Assembly (NCBI GenBank): GCA_035285545.1
Contig: JAYKGY010000004.1
Coordinates: 1-26,288, forward strand
From: Snowella sp.
GTDB lineage: Bacteria > Cyanobacteriota > Cyanobacteriia > Cyanobacteriales > Microcystaceae
DNA length: 26,288 nucleotides
Direction of reading: 5' to 3'
Shown here: one piece after another, positions 1 to 8,728 of the stretch
How positions within the stretch are numbered: the first letter of the stretch is position 1
How the letters are laid out: each line of letters starts with the position of its first letter
The notes under the pieces: model-generated
What the model was told of the DNA's origin: nothing
Database searches by the model: none
Seen by the model: only the letters and a program-made list of their open reading frames with translations
Translations under genes and position numbers: made by a program

Positions 1-365
<365 letters not shown>

Positions 366-391
366 ATTCGTAAATTAGATTTTATAGTGAT

Positions 392-418
392 AAGGGTGGT
401 GAATAGCTGCCCTTTTTT
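392..418 (+). terminator. Rho-independent terminator after psbD
   Basis: AAGGGTGGT-gaata-GCTGCCCTT hairpin (with G:U pairs) running into a T tract, about 27 nt after the stop codon. Confidence 0.7.
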
Positions 419-464
419 ATTGTTGCAAATTGACTACAACCGATATTCCACTGTTTAGCTCTAT

Positions 465-1250
465 TTAAGCTTTGGAGGACGGAAAATGATGTTTTCTTAC
501 ATCTTCTGAAAACTCTTCAATAGCTCCGTTAATTAGCGATCGCAGATTTAAATAGGGCTTAGCAAAGGGAGGGGCTTTTTTCGATAAACCGAGTAAATCG
601 GCTGTTACTAACACTTGCCCATCACAATAGGGCCCTGCCCCAATGCCAATGGTCGGAATCGGTAATTGTTTCGTAATGGTTGCAGCGAGGTTAGCAGGAA
701 TGTGTTCTAGCACAATCGAAAAAACTCCCGCTTCGGCCAGCGCGATCGCTTCGGATAAAATGCGGTCTGCGGTATCGGGGGTTTTCCCCTGTTGACGATA
801 ACCGAGTTGATGCACCGATTGGGGCGTTAAGCCCACATGACCCATCACCGGAATGCCAATTTCAATTAATCGAGCAATGGTTTCAACGGCCGCAGGATGA
901 CCCCCTTCTAACTTTACCGCCTGGACTCCCGTTTCTTTTAAAACCCGACCCGCCGAACGGATGGCTTGAGCCGTACTTTCTTGATAACTTAAAAACGGTA
1001 GATCACAAACCACTAAGGCTTTATTGACTGCCCGACAAACCGCCGCAGCATGGTGAATCATTTCCTCTAGGGTGATCGGTAAGGTTGTCCGATGGCCCAG
1101 GGTAACCATTGCCAAAGAATCCCCTACTAGGATCACGTCCACGCCCGCTTCATCTAACAGATCGGCGATCGCGTAATCCCAGGCGGTTAAGCTTACAATT
1201 GGACGCTGCTGTTGCTTCCAATCCAGTAATTGTTGGGGCGTAATGGTCAT
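465..1250 (-). CDS. panB: 3-methyl-2-oxobutanoate hydroxymethyltransferase
   Basis: Motifs [42 protein letters not shown]. Confidence 0.97.
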   Translation of the reverse strand: MTITPQQLLDWKQQQRPIVSLTAWDYAIADLLDEAGVDVILVGDSLAMVTLGHRTTLPITLEEMIHHAAAVCRAVNKALVVCDLPFLSYQESTAQAIRSAGRVLKETGVQAVKLEGGHPAAVETIARLIEIGIPVMGHVGLTPQSVHQLGYRQQGKTPDTADRILSEAIALAEAGVFSIVLEHIPANLAATITKQLPIPTIGIGAGPYCDGQVLVTADLLGLSKKAPPFAKPYLNLRSLINGAIEEFSEDVRKHHFPSSKA

Positions 1251-1268
1251 TATTGAAGGAAATAAGAA

Positions 1269-1958
1269 TTAATTGCGGGTGGCTTCTAGGATTCGAGAAT
1301 AGTAGAAACTGGTACTGGTCATGGCCTTGCGTTGAACGGTAAACCCGTTATTTTGCAGAATTTGAACCACATCCTCTTCTTTGTGTTGGTAAGCACGGGT
1401 CGTTTTACTGGGGCCAGGAAAAAGACTACCAATTTTCTTTAAGAGGGTTAACGCCAAGGTTTTAGGCGCGAAACTGAGAATTAAGCGAGATTCTGCCAAG
1501 GATGCTAAATGGGAGATCATGGCGGCGATATCTTCACCAGGATAGTGAATTAGCACATCCAAACAAATAACCGTGTGGTATTTTCCGCCTAACCCCTCTA
1601 GATCTTGCACCATGAATCGGGGCTGATTATTCAATCCTAACAAGGCTTGGGCTTTCTGTTGGGCTTCTCCGACCATCTTTTCAGAAATATCACTACCGTA
1701 AATTAAGGCTCCTTCTTGCGCTAGCGGAATGCTGAGGCTACCCACACCGCAGCCTGCATCACAAATGACCATTCCCGATAAGTTTCCGTCGTCTTTTAAC
1801 CAACCGACAACGGTATCAATGGTTTGCTGATGGCCGATGCGAATATCTTTTTGGACTTTATTAACCTCTCCGTCCCCATAAATCCGTCGCCAGCGATCAA
1901 AGCCCGTCGCATTAAAGTAATCTTTGACAATAATTTTATCGTTTACTGCGTTAGCCAT
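1269..1958 (-). CDS. chlM: Magnesium-protoporphyrin IX methyltransferase
   Basis: YFNATGFDRWRRIYG, SAM motif DAGCGVG, CLDVLIHYP, FPGPSKTTRAY. Confidence 0.96.
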   Translation of the reverse strand: MANAVNDKIIVKDYFNATGFDRWRRIYGDGEVNKVQKDIRIGHQQTIDTVVGWLKDDGNLSGMVICDAGCGVGSLSIPLAQEGALIYGSDISEKMVGEAQQKAQALLGLNNQPRFMVQDLEGLGGKYHTVICLDVLIHYPGEDIAAMISHLASLAESRLILSFAPKTLALTLLKKIGSLFPGPSKTTRAYQHKEEDVVQILQNNGFTVQRKAMTSTSFYYSRILEATRN

Positions 1959-2005
1959 AGTGAGGGGAGCAAACTGTAAATTTTTTTAAACAATTATTTA
2001 CTGTA

Positions 2006-2944
2006 TCAGGTATCGCTAAATTCTGGCCGGGCTTTTTCGATTCCCACGTTTTGTAAAAGGGCTAAAGGGCCAATTTGTTTTAGCTGTTCCATCTGTTCTC
2101 CGTTGCGGACTAATAAAGCCCCTGCAAATCCCAAGGAATTAATCGAAATACCTTGATAGCTATCCTGAGAGCGGGGAATCACCATCATCCACTCACGGGT
2201 CATCAATAGGTTATACGGATCGGGCTTTTCAGGTGATTTATGGGTTAACTCAACGGTTTTCAACAATTGTTGGTAGGCATCTAAAAATGTTTGAGCAACG
2301 GTTTCGGGAGCATTCCAATCTAAATTTTGATAGCTTGTGAGGGAATGGAGAAAGGGCAATTGGGAAATTTCAGTGATCTCCGGTTGCGCGATCGCGTTTT
2401 CAATCCAAGGTGAAAGCGGTAGGGGTAAAGTATCGGGAACTAAAGGTAAAGGGACTAACTGTAAGTGTTTATGGGGTTGGCTTGCACCGGCAGTTTTCCC
2501 ACTGTTATAGAACACTAGCCCATCAATTTCTGCTAGGGTTACAGCGACTGCTAAGAAATCCGCTAAGGTTAACGCATTTTCCTGAGCTTCAAAATCACGG
2601 GTAATCATTAATAAGTGGTGCTCAACCGCATTAAATTTATTGAGTAGACAAAGATGGGTATCGGTTAAGTCACTAACAAATAAGTCTTTTTCGTAGGGCA
2701 AAAAAGGATTTTTAGGTTGAGCTTTAGAGTTTTTTTTATTGAATTCTTCCTGTTTTTTTTGAGCTTCTTCTTTCCGTTTTAAATTAACTAAAATTCTAAT
2801 TAAAAATTCAATATCTTGTACTGCTAAAAATTCATACTGGGTAGGGATAGGATGAAGCGCACCACAGATGATCGCCGATTGAGTTTGTGCTTTGACCCGT
2901 TGCCATAGGCTACCAGGTTTTAACAGGATTTTACTGGGCGGCAT
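2006..2944 (-). CDS. ATP adenylyltransferase / Ap4A phosphorylase (Apa2-like)
   Basis: NPFLPYE, LLNKF, FYNSG..AGASQPHKHLQ (HxHxQ catalytic motif), NSLGFAGALLV. Confidence 0.9.
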   Translation of the reverse strand: MPPSKILLKPGSLWQRVKAQTQSAIICGALHPIPTQYEFLAVQDIEFLIRILVNLKRKEEAQKKQEEFNKKNSKAQPKNPFLPYEKDLFVSDLTDTHLCLLNKFNAVEHHLLMITRDFEAQENALTLADFLAVAVTLAEIDGLVFYNSGKTAGASQPHKHLQLVPLPLVPDTLPLPLSPWIENAIAQPEITEISQLPFLHSLTSYQNLDWNAPETVAQTFLDAYQQLLKTVELTHKSPEKPDPYNLLMTREWMMVIPRSQDSYQGISINSLGFAGALLVRNGEQMEQLKQIGPLALLQNVGIEKARPEFSDT

Positions 2945-3665
2945 AGTTAGCGGGGTCTACTGTGAGAGTTACTTCATTCTCTTTTAATTGAAGAGCACGT
3001 AGGTTCAATTGGTCAATATTTAGGTTCAAACTCTGTTGCAGTCGTTGGGGGGAAACGCCCAATCGTTTAGAAATTTCAGGAAGCGTGAAGTTGAGGTTAC
3101 CGACTCTCACTTTACTATCATTAGGTAGAATTAATTGCCCATTTTCAAATTTGGGTTGGCCAGTAATACCGATATAAATCTCTTGATTTTTTAGCTGAGG
3201 AAAACTGGTAACAACCCGATTAATGATCGCTTGTTGATGACGGGGTAAATTGACGGCTTCTAATTTTTGGGGATTAATGACGGTGCCGATTTCTAATTGA
3301 TTATTTTCGATGTTGGATTGAATTTGGGGGGCAAGGTTTGAGAGTTTGCGCGATCGCAATTGTTGAGAAAGCTCGGATTGGACTAATTGATTAAATTCTT
3401 GAGACTTGAGGGTAACGCTAACGGCTTCATTCGGTTGCACTGAGCCTTGCTGAATCTCGGTTTGGATCTGTTGCTGAATTCTGGCTTTAATCCCTGTTGA
3501 TTCGCTAGAGGATGAAGATTGAGTGGAATTTAGAGAATCATTTGTATGGCTTGATTGCTCCTGATACCAAGTGGGTAAACTCGTCGCCTGTGTCCAAAAG
3601 TAATAGGCAAGTCCAACGCTACCTAGCCCCAGTAAACCGATTCCCAGTAAAAGCTTTTTCAACAT
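2931..3665 (-). CDS. Hypothetical protein with N-terminal membrane anchor/signal peptide
   Basis: 244-aa ORF with hydrophobic N-terminus (LLLGIGLLGLGSVGLAYYFW) and a Ser/Gln-rich linker. Overlaps the next gene by 14 bp. Confidence 0.8.
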   Translation of the reverse strand: MLKKLLLGIGLLGLGSVGLAYYFWTQATSLPTWYQEQSSHTNDSLNSTQSSSSSESTGIKARIQQQIQTEIQQGSVQPNEAVSVTLKSQEFNQLVQSELSQQLRSRKLSNLAPQIQSNIENNQLEIGTVINPQKLEAVNLPRHQQAIINRVVTSFPQLKNQEIYIGITGQPKFENGQLILPNDSKVRVGNLNFTLPEISKRLGVSPQRLQQSLNLNIDQLNLRALQLKENEVTLTVDPANYAAQ

Positions 3666-3790
3666 GAATCAATTTATCCTCTCATGCACTTATTCTATAG
3701 ACTAACGTATATTTTTTAGGCTGAATCTGCTTTAAGCGCGATTTGATTGATTTGGCACTGGTAAATTAAAGTTTTGACGTTTTTATCTTA

Positions 3791-3898
3791 TTAGTTTGAG
3801 AAAGCCCCCTAAATTCCCCAATACTGGGGGACTTGCGAGAGTGCTAATCCTAAGCGTCCCTCCAACGTTGGTGGGCTAGGGAGACAAAAACAAACTAA
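3791..3898. repeat. Palindromic small dispersed repeat / MITE-like element, copy 1
   Basis: Ends TTAGTTTG (3791-3798) and CAAACTAA (3891-3898) are inverted. Internal arm GCCCCCTAAATTCCCCAATACTGGGGGACTTG (3804-3835) matches the reverse complement of 11091-11122 at 29/32. Confidence 0.7.
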
Positions 3899-3910
3899 GC
3901 TACTAAATTT

Positions 3911-5131
3911 TTAAGGATCAACCCAACGACCATCCGCTTTAATGAGATTAATCAACTCAGCTACACCCTGATCTTCGGGAACGCGCTTAATTTCTTCTCG
4001 TCCACGATACAGGGCAATGTAACCCGCCTGTTTACCCACATAGCCATAGTCGGCATCAGCCATTTCTCCAGGCCCATTAACAATACAACCCATGACCGCA
4101 ATATCCAAACCTGTGAGGTGTTTAGTCGCTTCCCGTACCTGATGCAACACATCTTCTAAGTTAAACAGCGTGCGACCACAGGAAGGACAGGCCACGTATT
4201 CCACCATCGTTTTGCGGAGTCCGAGAGCTTGCAAAATGCTGTAACAAACGGGGATTTCCTTTTCAGGGGCTTCCGTGAGAGAAACCCGAATCGTATCCCC
4301 AATGCCATCCGCTAACAGGGTCGCAATACCTGCGGTGGATTTAATGCGTCCGTATTCTCCGTCTCCTGCTTCGGTTACGCCCAAATGTAAAGGATAATCC
4401 ATGCCCAGATCATCCATGCGCTTTGCCATTAACCGATAAGCTGCCAGCATTACAGGAACGCGGGAAGCTTTCATGGAGACCACTAGGTTACGGAAATCGA
4501 GAGATTCACAGATTTTGATGAATTCAATGGCGGATTCAACCATTCCCTCTGGGGTGTCGCCATAGGTAAAGAGCATTCGTTCAGACAAAGAGCCATGATT
4601 GACACCAATCCGCATGGCTTTACCTTGATCTCGCAGGGAAACAACTAAGGGTTCTAAAGTTTCTCTGATTTTCTCGCCAATTTCGGTAAATTCTTCTTCC
4701 GTAAATTCTTCGCGATCGCTTCTCGGCTTCTCAAATACATAAAGTCCTGGATTAATCCGTACCTTATCAACGTGTTTAGCCACTTCGAGGGCAATTTTCA
4801 TGCCGTTATGGTGAACATCGGCGACAAGGGGAACAGGTTTATAGGTTTTGATTAATTTTTCTTTGATTTCCGCTAAAGCTTTGGCATGGGCCATACTCGG
4901 AACGGTCACGCGGACAATTTCGCAGCCAATTTCGTGTAAGCGACGAATACCAGCCACCGAGCCATCGATATCCAGCGTATCTTCATTGATCATGGATTGC
5001 ACGACAACAGGATAGCCACCACCAATAATCACGTCTCCTACTTTAACAGGGCGAGTTTTACGGCGATGAATGGTCGTATCAAATTCCGTTGCGGTGGGAA
5101 TAGTTTTGTTCGGGGTTTCCAAGGTTTGCAT
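3911..5131 (-). CDS. ispG: (E)-4-hydroxy-3-methylbut-2-enyl-diphosphate synthase (GcpE)
   Basis: [44 protein letters not shown] and [11 protein letters not shown]e-S motifs. Confidence 0.98.
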   Translation of the reverse strand: MQTLETPNKTIPTATEFDTTIHRRKTRPVKVGDVIIGGGYPVVVQSMINEDTLDIDGSVAGIRRLHEIGCEIVRVTVPSMAHAKALAEIKEKLIKTYKPVPLVADVHHNGMKIALEVAKHVDKVRINPGLYVFEKPRSDREEFTEEEFTEIGEKIRETLEPLVVSLRDQGKAMRIGVNHGSLSERMLFTYGDTPEGMVESAIEFIKICESLDFRNLVVSMKASRVPVMLAAYRLMAKRMDDLGMDYPLHLGVTEAGDGEYGRIKSTAGIATLLADGIGDTIRVSLTEAPEKEIPVCYSILQALGLRKTMVEYVACPSCGRTLFNLEDVLHQVREATKHLTGLDIAVMGCIVNGPGEMADADYGYVGKQAGYIALYRGREEIKRVPEDQGVAELINLIKADGRWVDP

Positions 5132-5327
5132 AAAATTCGCGAAAAGAGTTGACGCAGGTTAGTTTCTATTTTCTCAAATCTTGGCCAGATTGCAGAAGAG
5201 CCTAAACTATCTTTTTTTATTGTTTATTTCAATTAATTAAGTTATGGCTGTCTATTATTGCAAAATACCGAGCGAAAATATAAGATCAATAAATCTGAAA
5301 AGCAGGCTCAGGAGTGCCTTACAATTT

Positions 5328-5903
5328 ATGCTTAACTCAATTATTCAAGAAGAAATAACGAGATTATCATTAGAAATAGGGGTTAAGCCTTCTACATTAG
5401 AAAATTTTGCGGAATTTGTCCTTAAATCTCAAAAAGCTAAAACCACTAAGCCTTCTAGCAAAGTATCCAAACCTAAAAAAGTTAAGCCCCTAAGTTTGGC
5501 TGAAGTCAAAACCGCAGTTTTTAACTATTTTGATGTTAAAGACTTAAAGAGTCTACGGAGTTCTACAGACTTTCAAGTAGCAGTTTCAGAAAATAAAAGT
5601 TTAAATTTTCAAAAAAAAGAAGCATGGGAAGATTTATATCGGCAATTTGTAGGCATTTTACCCCATGAAGTTAATGAAGTAGGAAAAGATTGTATTAACG
5701 GGATTAATATTTTTAAATATTTTCGTCCCTGGCAGGTTTTTAATCTAGATCCTAAAAATGCAAGTGAAGAGGATATTAAATCTGCTTATAGAGAACTTTC
5801 TAAAAAATATCATCCCGACAATTCACAGACGGGCGATGCAAAGATTTTTGATCGTATTAACACAATGTATAAATCTATTCTTCCTAAAACTTTCGGAGGC
5901 TAA
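5328..5903 (+). CDS. Protein with C-terminal J-domain (DnaJ-like, class C) and uncharacterised basic N-terminal region
   Basis: PWQVFNL...ASEEDIKSAYRELSKKYHPD...FDRINTMYKSI is a J-domain with intact HPD. ATG 5328 is preferred (AGGAG at 5310-5314); the ORF extends upstream to 5244. Confidence 0.85.
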   Translation: MLNSIIQEEITRLSLEIGVKPSTLENFAEFVLKSQKAKTTKPSSKVSKPKKVKPLSLAEVKTAVFNYFDVKDLKSLRSSTDFQVAVSENKSLNFQKKEAWEDLYRQFVGILPHEVNEVGKDCINGINIFKYFRPWQVFNLDPKNASEEDIKSAYRELSKKYHPDNSQTGDAKIFDRINTMYKSILPKTFGG

Positions 5904-5905
5904 TT

Positions 5906-6919
5906 ATGGCAAGCACTAAAAAAGATCCTTTTACAATATCAGACACTGAACTCGCTAAAGAATTAGATGTTACTCCTCAACGTTTAGATGAGATTGTAGA
6001 TTTTTTTGATTCAATTCCTGATGATCCTTGGGATTTAGTGGAGAATGAAGACTATATTTTTACTACTAAAAGTTTAAAAATTCGGCGTTTTTCTCCTAGT
6101 GGTGCGCTTAAAATAGCGTATTATTTGGATGAACATGAAAAATATAATATTTGGCATAAAATCAAGGATTTTTTAACTCAGCATAGTGCAAGATTACATA
6201 AGGCATTGGCTTGTAAAGTTATTTATGAGGAATTAGACGATCTTAAAAACAAATTAATACAAGTTAACGGGCGTTCTTTCCTTCATAAACAAAGTTTACG
6301 GCGAATTTTAGGGACAAATGGATCTAGGCTCAATAAAGCATTAGAGGATTTACGGACTTCTGATACTCCTTTAGAACCTGATGTAGATTTTGTTGAGCGA
6401 GAGTTTTCTGATCCTAAAGATTCTAAAAAGGGTCAACAACTTTGGTTTTCAGGTAGAGGATCGATCAAGATTTCACGAGAATTAGGTGAAAAATTAACCG
6501 ATAAAGCCCGACGTAAAATGTGTTTAGCCGTTAGTAAACAAATACAGCCTGTACTGGATAGCATCGATAAGAAAGAAGCTGAGTTTAAGTCTGCAATCGA
6601 TAAAGTTAAAGCTAAAGCAAAAACAAGAGATAAGGTTTGCCAAATAACTCGCCAAAAACCAAATAGATACAATAAAATACAGTTATCTGCTCATCATCTT
6701 TATTGTGTTAAAGATTATCCTCATTTAGCCCTTTCTCTGGATAACTTGATTACCATTGATAGCCAAATTCATCAAGAATTTCACTCAAGAATGGGAGGAT
6801 ATAGTGCAACTTGTACTATAAAGGATTTTATAGATTTTGTGACTGAACGCTATCCAGATCAAGCAACACCAGAACTTATGGCTCGGTTATTCCAATCTCA
6901 AAGAGTTCTTAGGCCCTAA
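5906..6919 (+). CDS. HNH-family endonuclease with two N-terminal ORF6N/antirepressor-like repeats
   Basis: C-terminal CQIT...LSAHHL...DNLITIDSQIHQEFH (HNH). Two related segments, LVENEDY...FSPSGALKI and LEPDVDF...FSGRGSIKI. GGAGG RBS at 5895-5899; 2 bp after the upstream stop. Confidence 0.75.
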   Translation: MASTKKDPFTISDTELAKELDVTPQRLDEIVDFFDSIPDDPWDLVENEDYIFTTKSLKIRRFSPSGALKIAYYLDEHEKYNIWHKIKDFLTQHSARLHKALACKVIYEELDDLKNKLIQVNGRSFLHKQSLRRILGTNGSRLNKALEDLRTSDTPLEPDVDFVEREFSDPKDSKKGQQLWFSGRGSIKISRELGEKLTDKARRKMCLAVSKQIQPVLDSIDKKEAEFKSAIDKVKAKAKTRDKVCQITRQKPNRYNKIQLSAHHLYCVKDYPHLALSLDNLITIDSQIHQEFHSRMGGYSATCTIKDFIDFVTERYPDQATPELMARLFQSQRVLRP

Positions 6920-6932
6920 ACGATATTAATTC

Positions 6933-7157
6933 CTAACATTTTAAGCTTTCAGCCTTTGTTAAAGACTCGACTGCTGAAAAAGGAACAATAACCGTTTCAC
7001 TAGATCCTTCAATATCATCGAAAAATTCCAAAATATAGCCGTCTTCTTCGCCTGATGGATGAGGAACAATATCAATTAAAGTAGCAATATCTCCTTTTTT
7101 GAGATTATATTGAGGAAAATCTTGTTTTAATAATACATCCTGATAGAGTTCAATCAT
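6933..7157 (-). CDS. DUF4926-like small protein (putative antitoxin/immunity)
   Basis: MIELYQDVLLKQDFPQYNLKKGDIATLIDIVPHP..GYILEFF is the DUF4926 pattern. ATG 7157 overlaps the upstream stop (ATGATTGA). Confidence 0.8.
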   Translation of the reverse strand: MIELYQDVLLKQDFPQYNLKKGDIATLIDIVPHPSGEEDGYILEFFDDIEGSSETVIVPFSAVESLTKAESLKC

Positions 7158-7491
7158 AACCTTTACGCTCCTTTTTAGGCTTGAGGGTAACAAACTGTAA
7201 TTTATTATCTATTTTTCGTCTTAACCAAACAGTAATAACTAATAAATTGCGTTGATTGACTCCAATTAATTCTCCTTCAAATCTATAAAAAGTCCCATAT
7301 TCATTAGTGATATCCTCTATTGGTTCAACAGATTGGATCAATTCGTAAATGGCAGATTTTAATTCCTCTGGATTGGCTAACGTAAAGCCAGCTTGTTCTA
7401 GAAACTTGGATTTATCATTTTTCTCCTTATATACTAAAAGATATTTACTGAGTTTGTCATCAGGGATCATCGCCTGAGATGATATTTCCAT
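7150..7491 (-). CDS. DUF6883-like protein (putative small nuclease/toxin)
   Basis: IPDDKLSKYLL....DKSKFL..AGFT...YGT.Y...GEL.G.N....ITVW......FVTLKP pattern. Translationally coupled to the DUF4926-like gene. Confidence 0.7.
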   Translation of the reverse strand: MEISSQAMIPDDKLSKYLLVYKEKNDKSKFLEQAGFTLANPEELKSAIYELIQSVEPIEDITNEYGTFYRFEGELIGVNQRNLLVITVWLRRKIDNKLQFVTLKPKKERKGYD

Positions 7492-7530
7492 TTTACAAAG
7501 TGATGATTATTGAAATTTTTATTTGATTAA

Positions 7531-7695
7531 TTATTGAGTATTTGTCCAATCCCATTCTAAATTTCGCTGAAAATCATCTAATACTTGATCCAGAATTTTA
7601 TTAATGGGATCTTTTTCATTATAGTAGTAGTCTCTACACTGAGAAGCGGTATAGAATTCTGTTCGATTGGGAACCGTGTTTTTTTTGACCTGTAT
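7531..7695 (-). pseudogene. Possible 3' remnant of a gene truncated at the IS5 left end
   Basis: 54 open codons from the IS boundary to TAA (IQVKKNTVPNRTEFYTASQCRDYYYNEKDPINKILDQVLDDFQRNLEWDWTNTQ*), same strand as and just upstream of the DUF6883-like gene. No family recognised. Confidence 0.35.
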
Positions 7696-7696
7696 A

Positions 7697-8569
7697 AAAC
7701 CCATTTGGGATCTGTGGTCTAGGATGTCAGAGTAACAAAATGAGCCAAAAGAGATGTACTCAAGCAGCCTAAGCGATAAAGAATGGGCAATAATTGAACC
7801 GTTATTACCGCTGAAAAAACGAACTAGACCTCCGAAATGGACAAAAAGGCAAATCTTAGACGGAATCTTCTATCAGTTAAAAAACGGTTGTAATTGGGGC
7901 GACTTACCCAAAGACTTTCCTCCTTATTCCACTGTTTTTTGGAATTACAAACAGTGGAGAAGTGAAGGGGTGATAGAAAAGATAATGAAAGCTTTACACC
8001 AACACCTCCGCTAGCAAAGGAAGAAGCAACCTCTCTGGACAACTCTCATCATTATTGATTCTCAAGCAGTCAAAAATACTTGTAATGCTAGTCTTGAAAG
8101 CAAAGGGTTTTGTTTTTACAAGGCGACCAACGGAATTAAAAGACATCTCGCTGTCGATAGCCTAGGCTATCCTTTTTTTGTCCACTGTACTCAGGCAAAT
8201 GTTTCGGATGACCAAGGTTTGATAGAAATGTTGACCCTGAATCTTGACTATTTTCGTTCCAAACCTAGCGAACTCCCCAAAACAACAATTTTGTTGGACA
8301 ATGGCTACCATCCTCAAAAAATTGAGGAAGAATTACAAAAAGTTTATCCCGATATTTTGAGTAAAATTCAGTTTGAACTATCTCCGAAACCTTCAAGGGA
8401 AGAAAAAGCGAAACAGGGTCAATCGGGATTTGTTCCGGTCAAGGCTAGATGGGTTGTGGAGAGGAGTAATGCTTGGATGGAACGGTGTAAGAGCTTAGTC
8501 AAAAATTTTGAGAGAACCTTAACTAATGCAGTGACTTAGCCATCGCCTAAATAGATCCCAAATGGGTTC
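7697..8569 (+). mobile_element. IS5-family insertion sequence (873 bp), defective
   Basis: TIRs AAACCCATTTGGGATCT (7697-7713) and AGATCCCAAATGGGTTC (8553-8569), 16/17 match, flanked by TATA on both sides (7693-7696, 8570-8573). Confidence 0.92.
7754..8550 (+). pseudogene. IS5-family transposase pseudogene
   Basis: YSSSLSDKEWAIIEPLLP N-terminus. In-frame TAG at 8012-8014, after which the same frame continues (WTTLIIIDSQAVKNT...GIKRHLAVD...LLDNGY...RWVVERSNAW). Early stop at 8539, with an out-of-frame LAIA* tail ending at 8550 that suggests a small deletion. Confidence 0.88.
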
Positions 8570-8570
8570 T

Positions 8571-8728
8571 ATAAGCGGTTGTCTTCCCTTTTCTAGTTAC
8601 ATTTTCTCGTTTCTCTCTTTCTTCTGAGGTTAGAGCCACAATATACTTTTTGACCATCTTTTTTACTTGCTATGAAGGAACTTCTCTATTCTCTCTTTTT
8701 ACCCATCAAATCAACAATGACTAACTAC
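8571..8728 (-). mobile_element. IS630-family remnant (left end plus first 29 transposase codons)
   Basis: ATG 8657 gives MVKKYIVALTSEEREKRENVTRKGKTTAY, resembling IS630 transposase N-termini, cut at the IS5 right end. The putative terminus (TA)GTAGTTAGTCATTGTTGATTTGATGGGT begins at the TA of the protease stop codon. Confidence 0.6.

Noticed and set aside
5244..5327. Longer N-terminus for the J-domain protein
   Set aside because: No RBS before 5244, whereas AGGAG precedes ATG 5328. The shorter start is preferred but unproven.
7990..8040. Programmed frameshift joining two IS5 ORFs
   Set aside because: Both ORFs are in the same frame (offset 465 nt), separated by a TAG. This is a nonsense mutation, not a frameshift.
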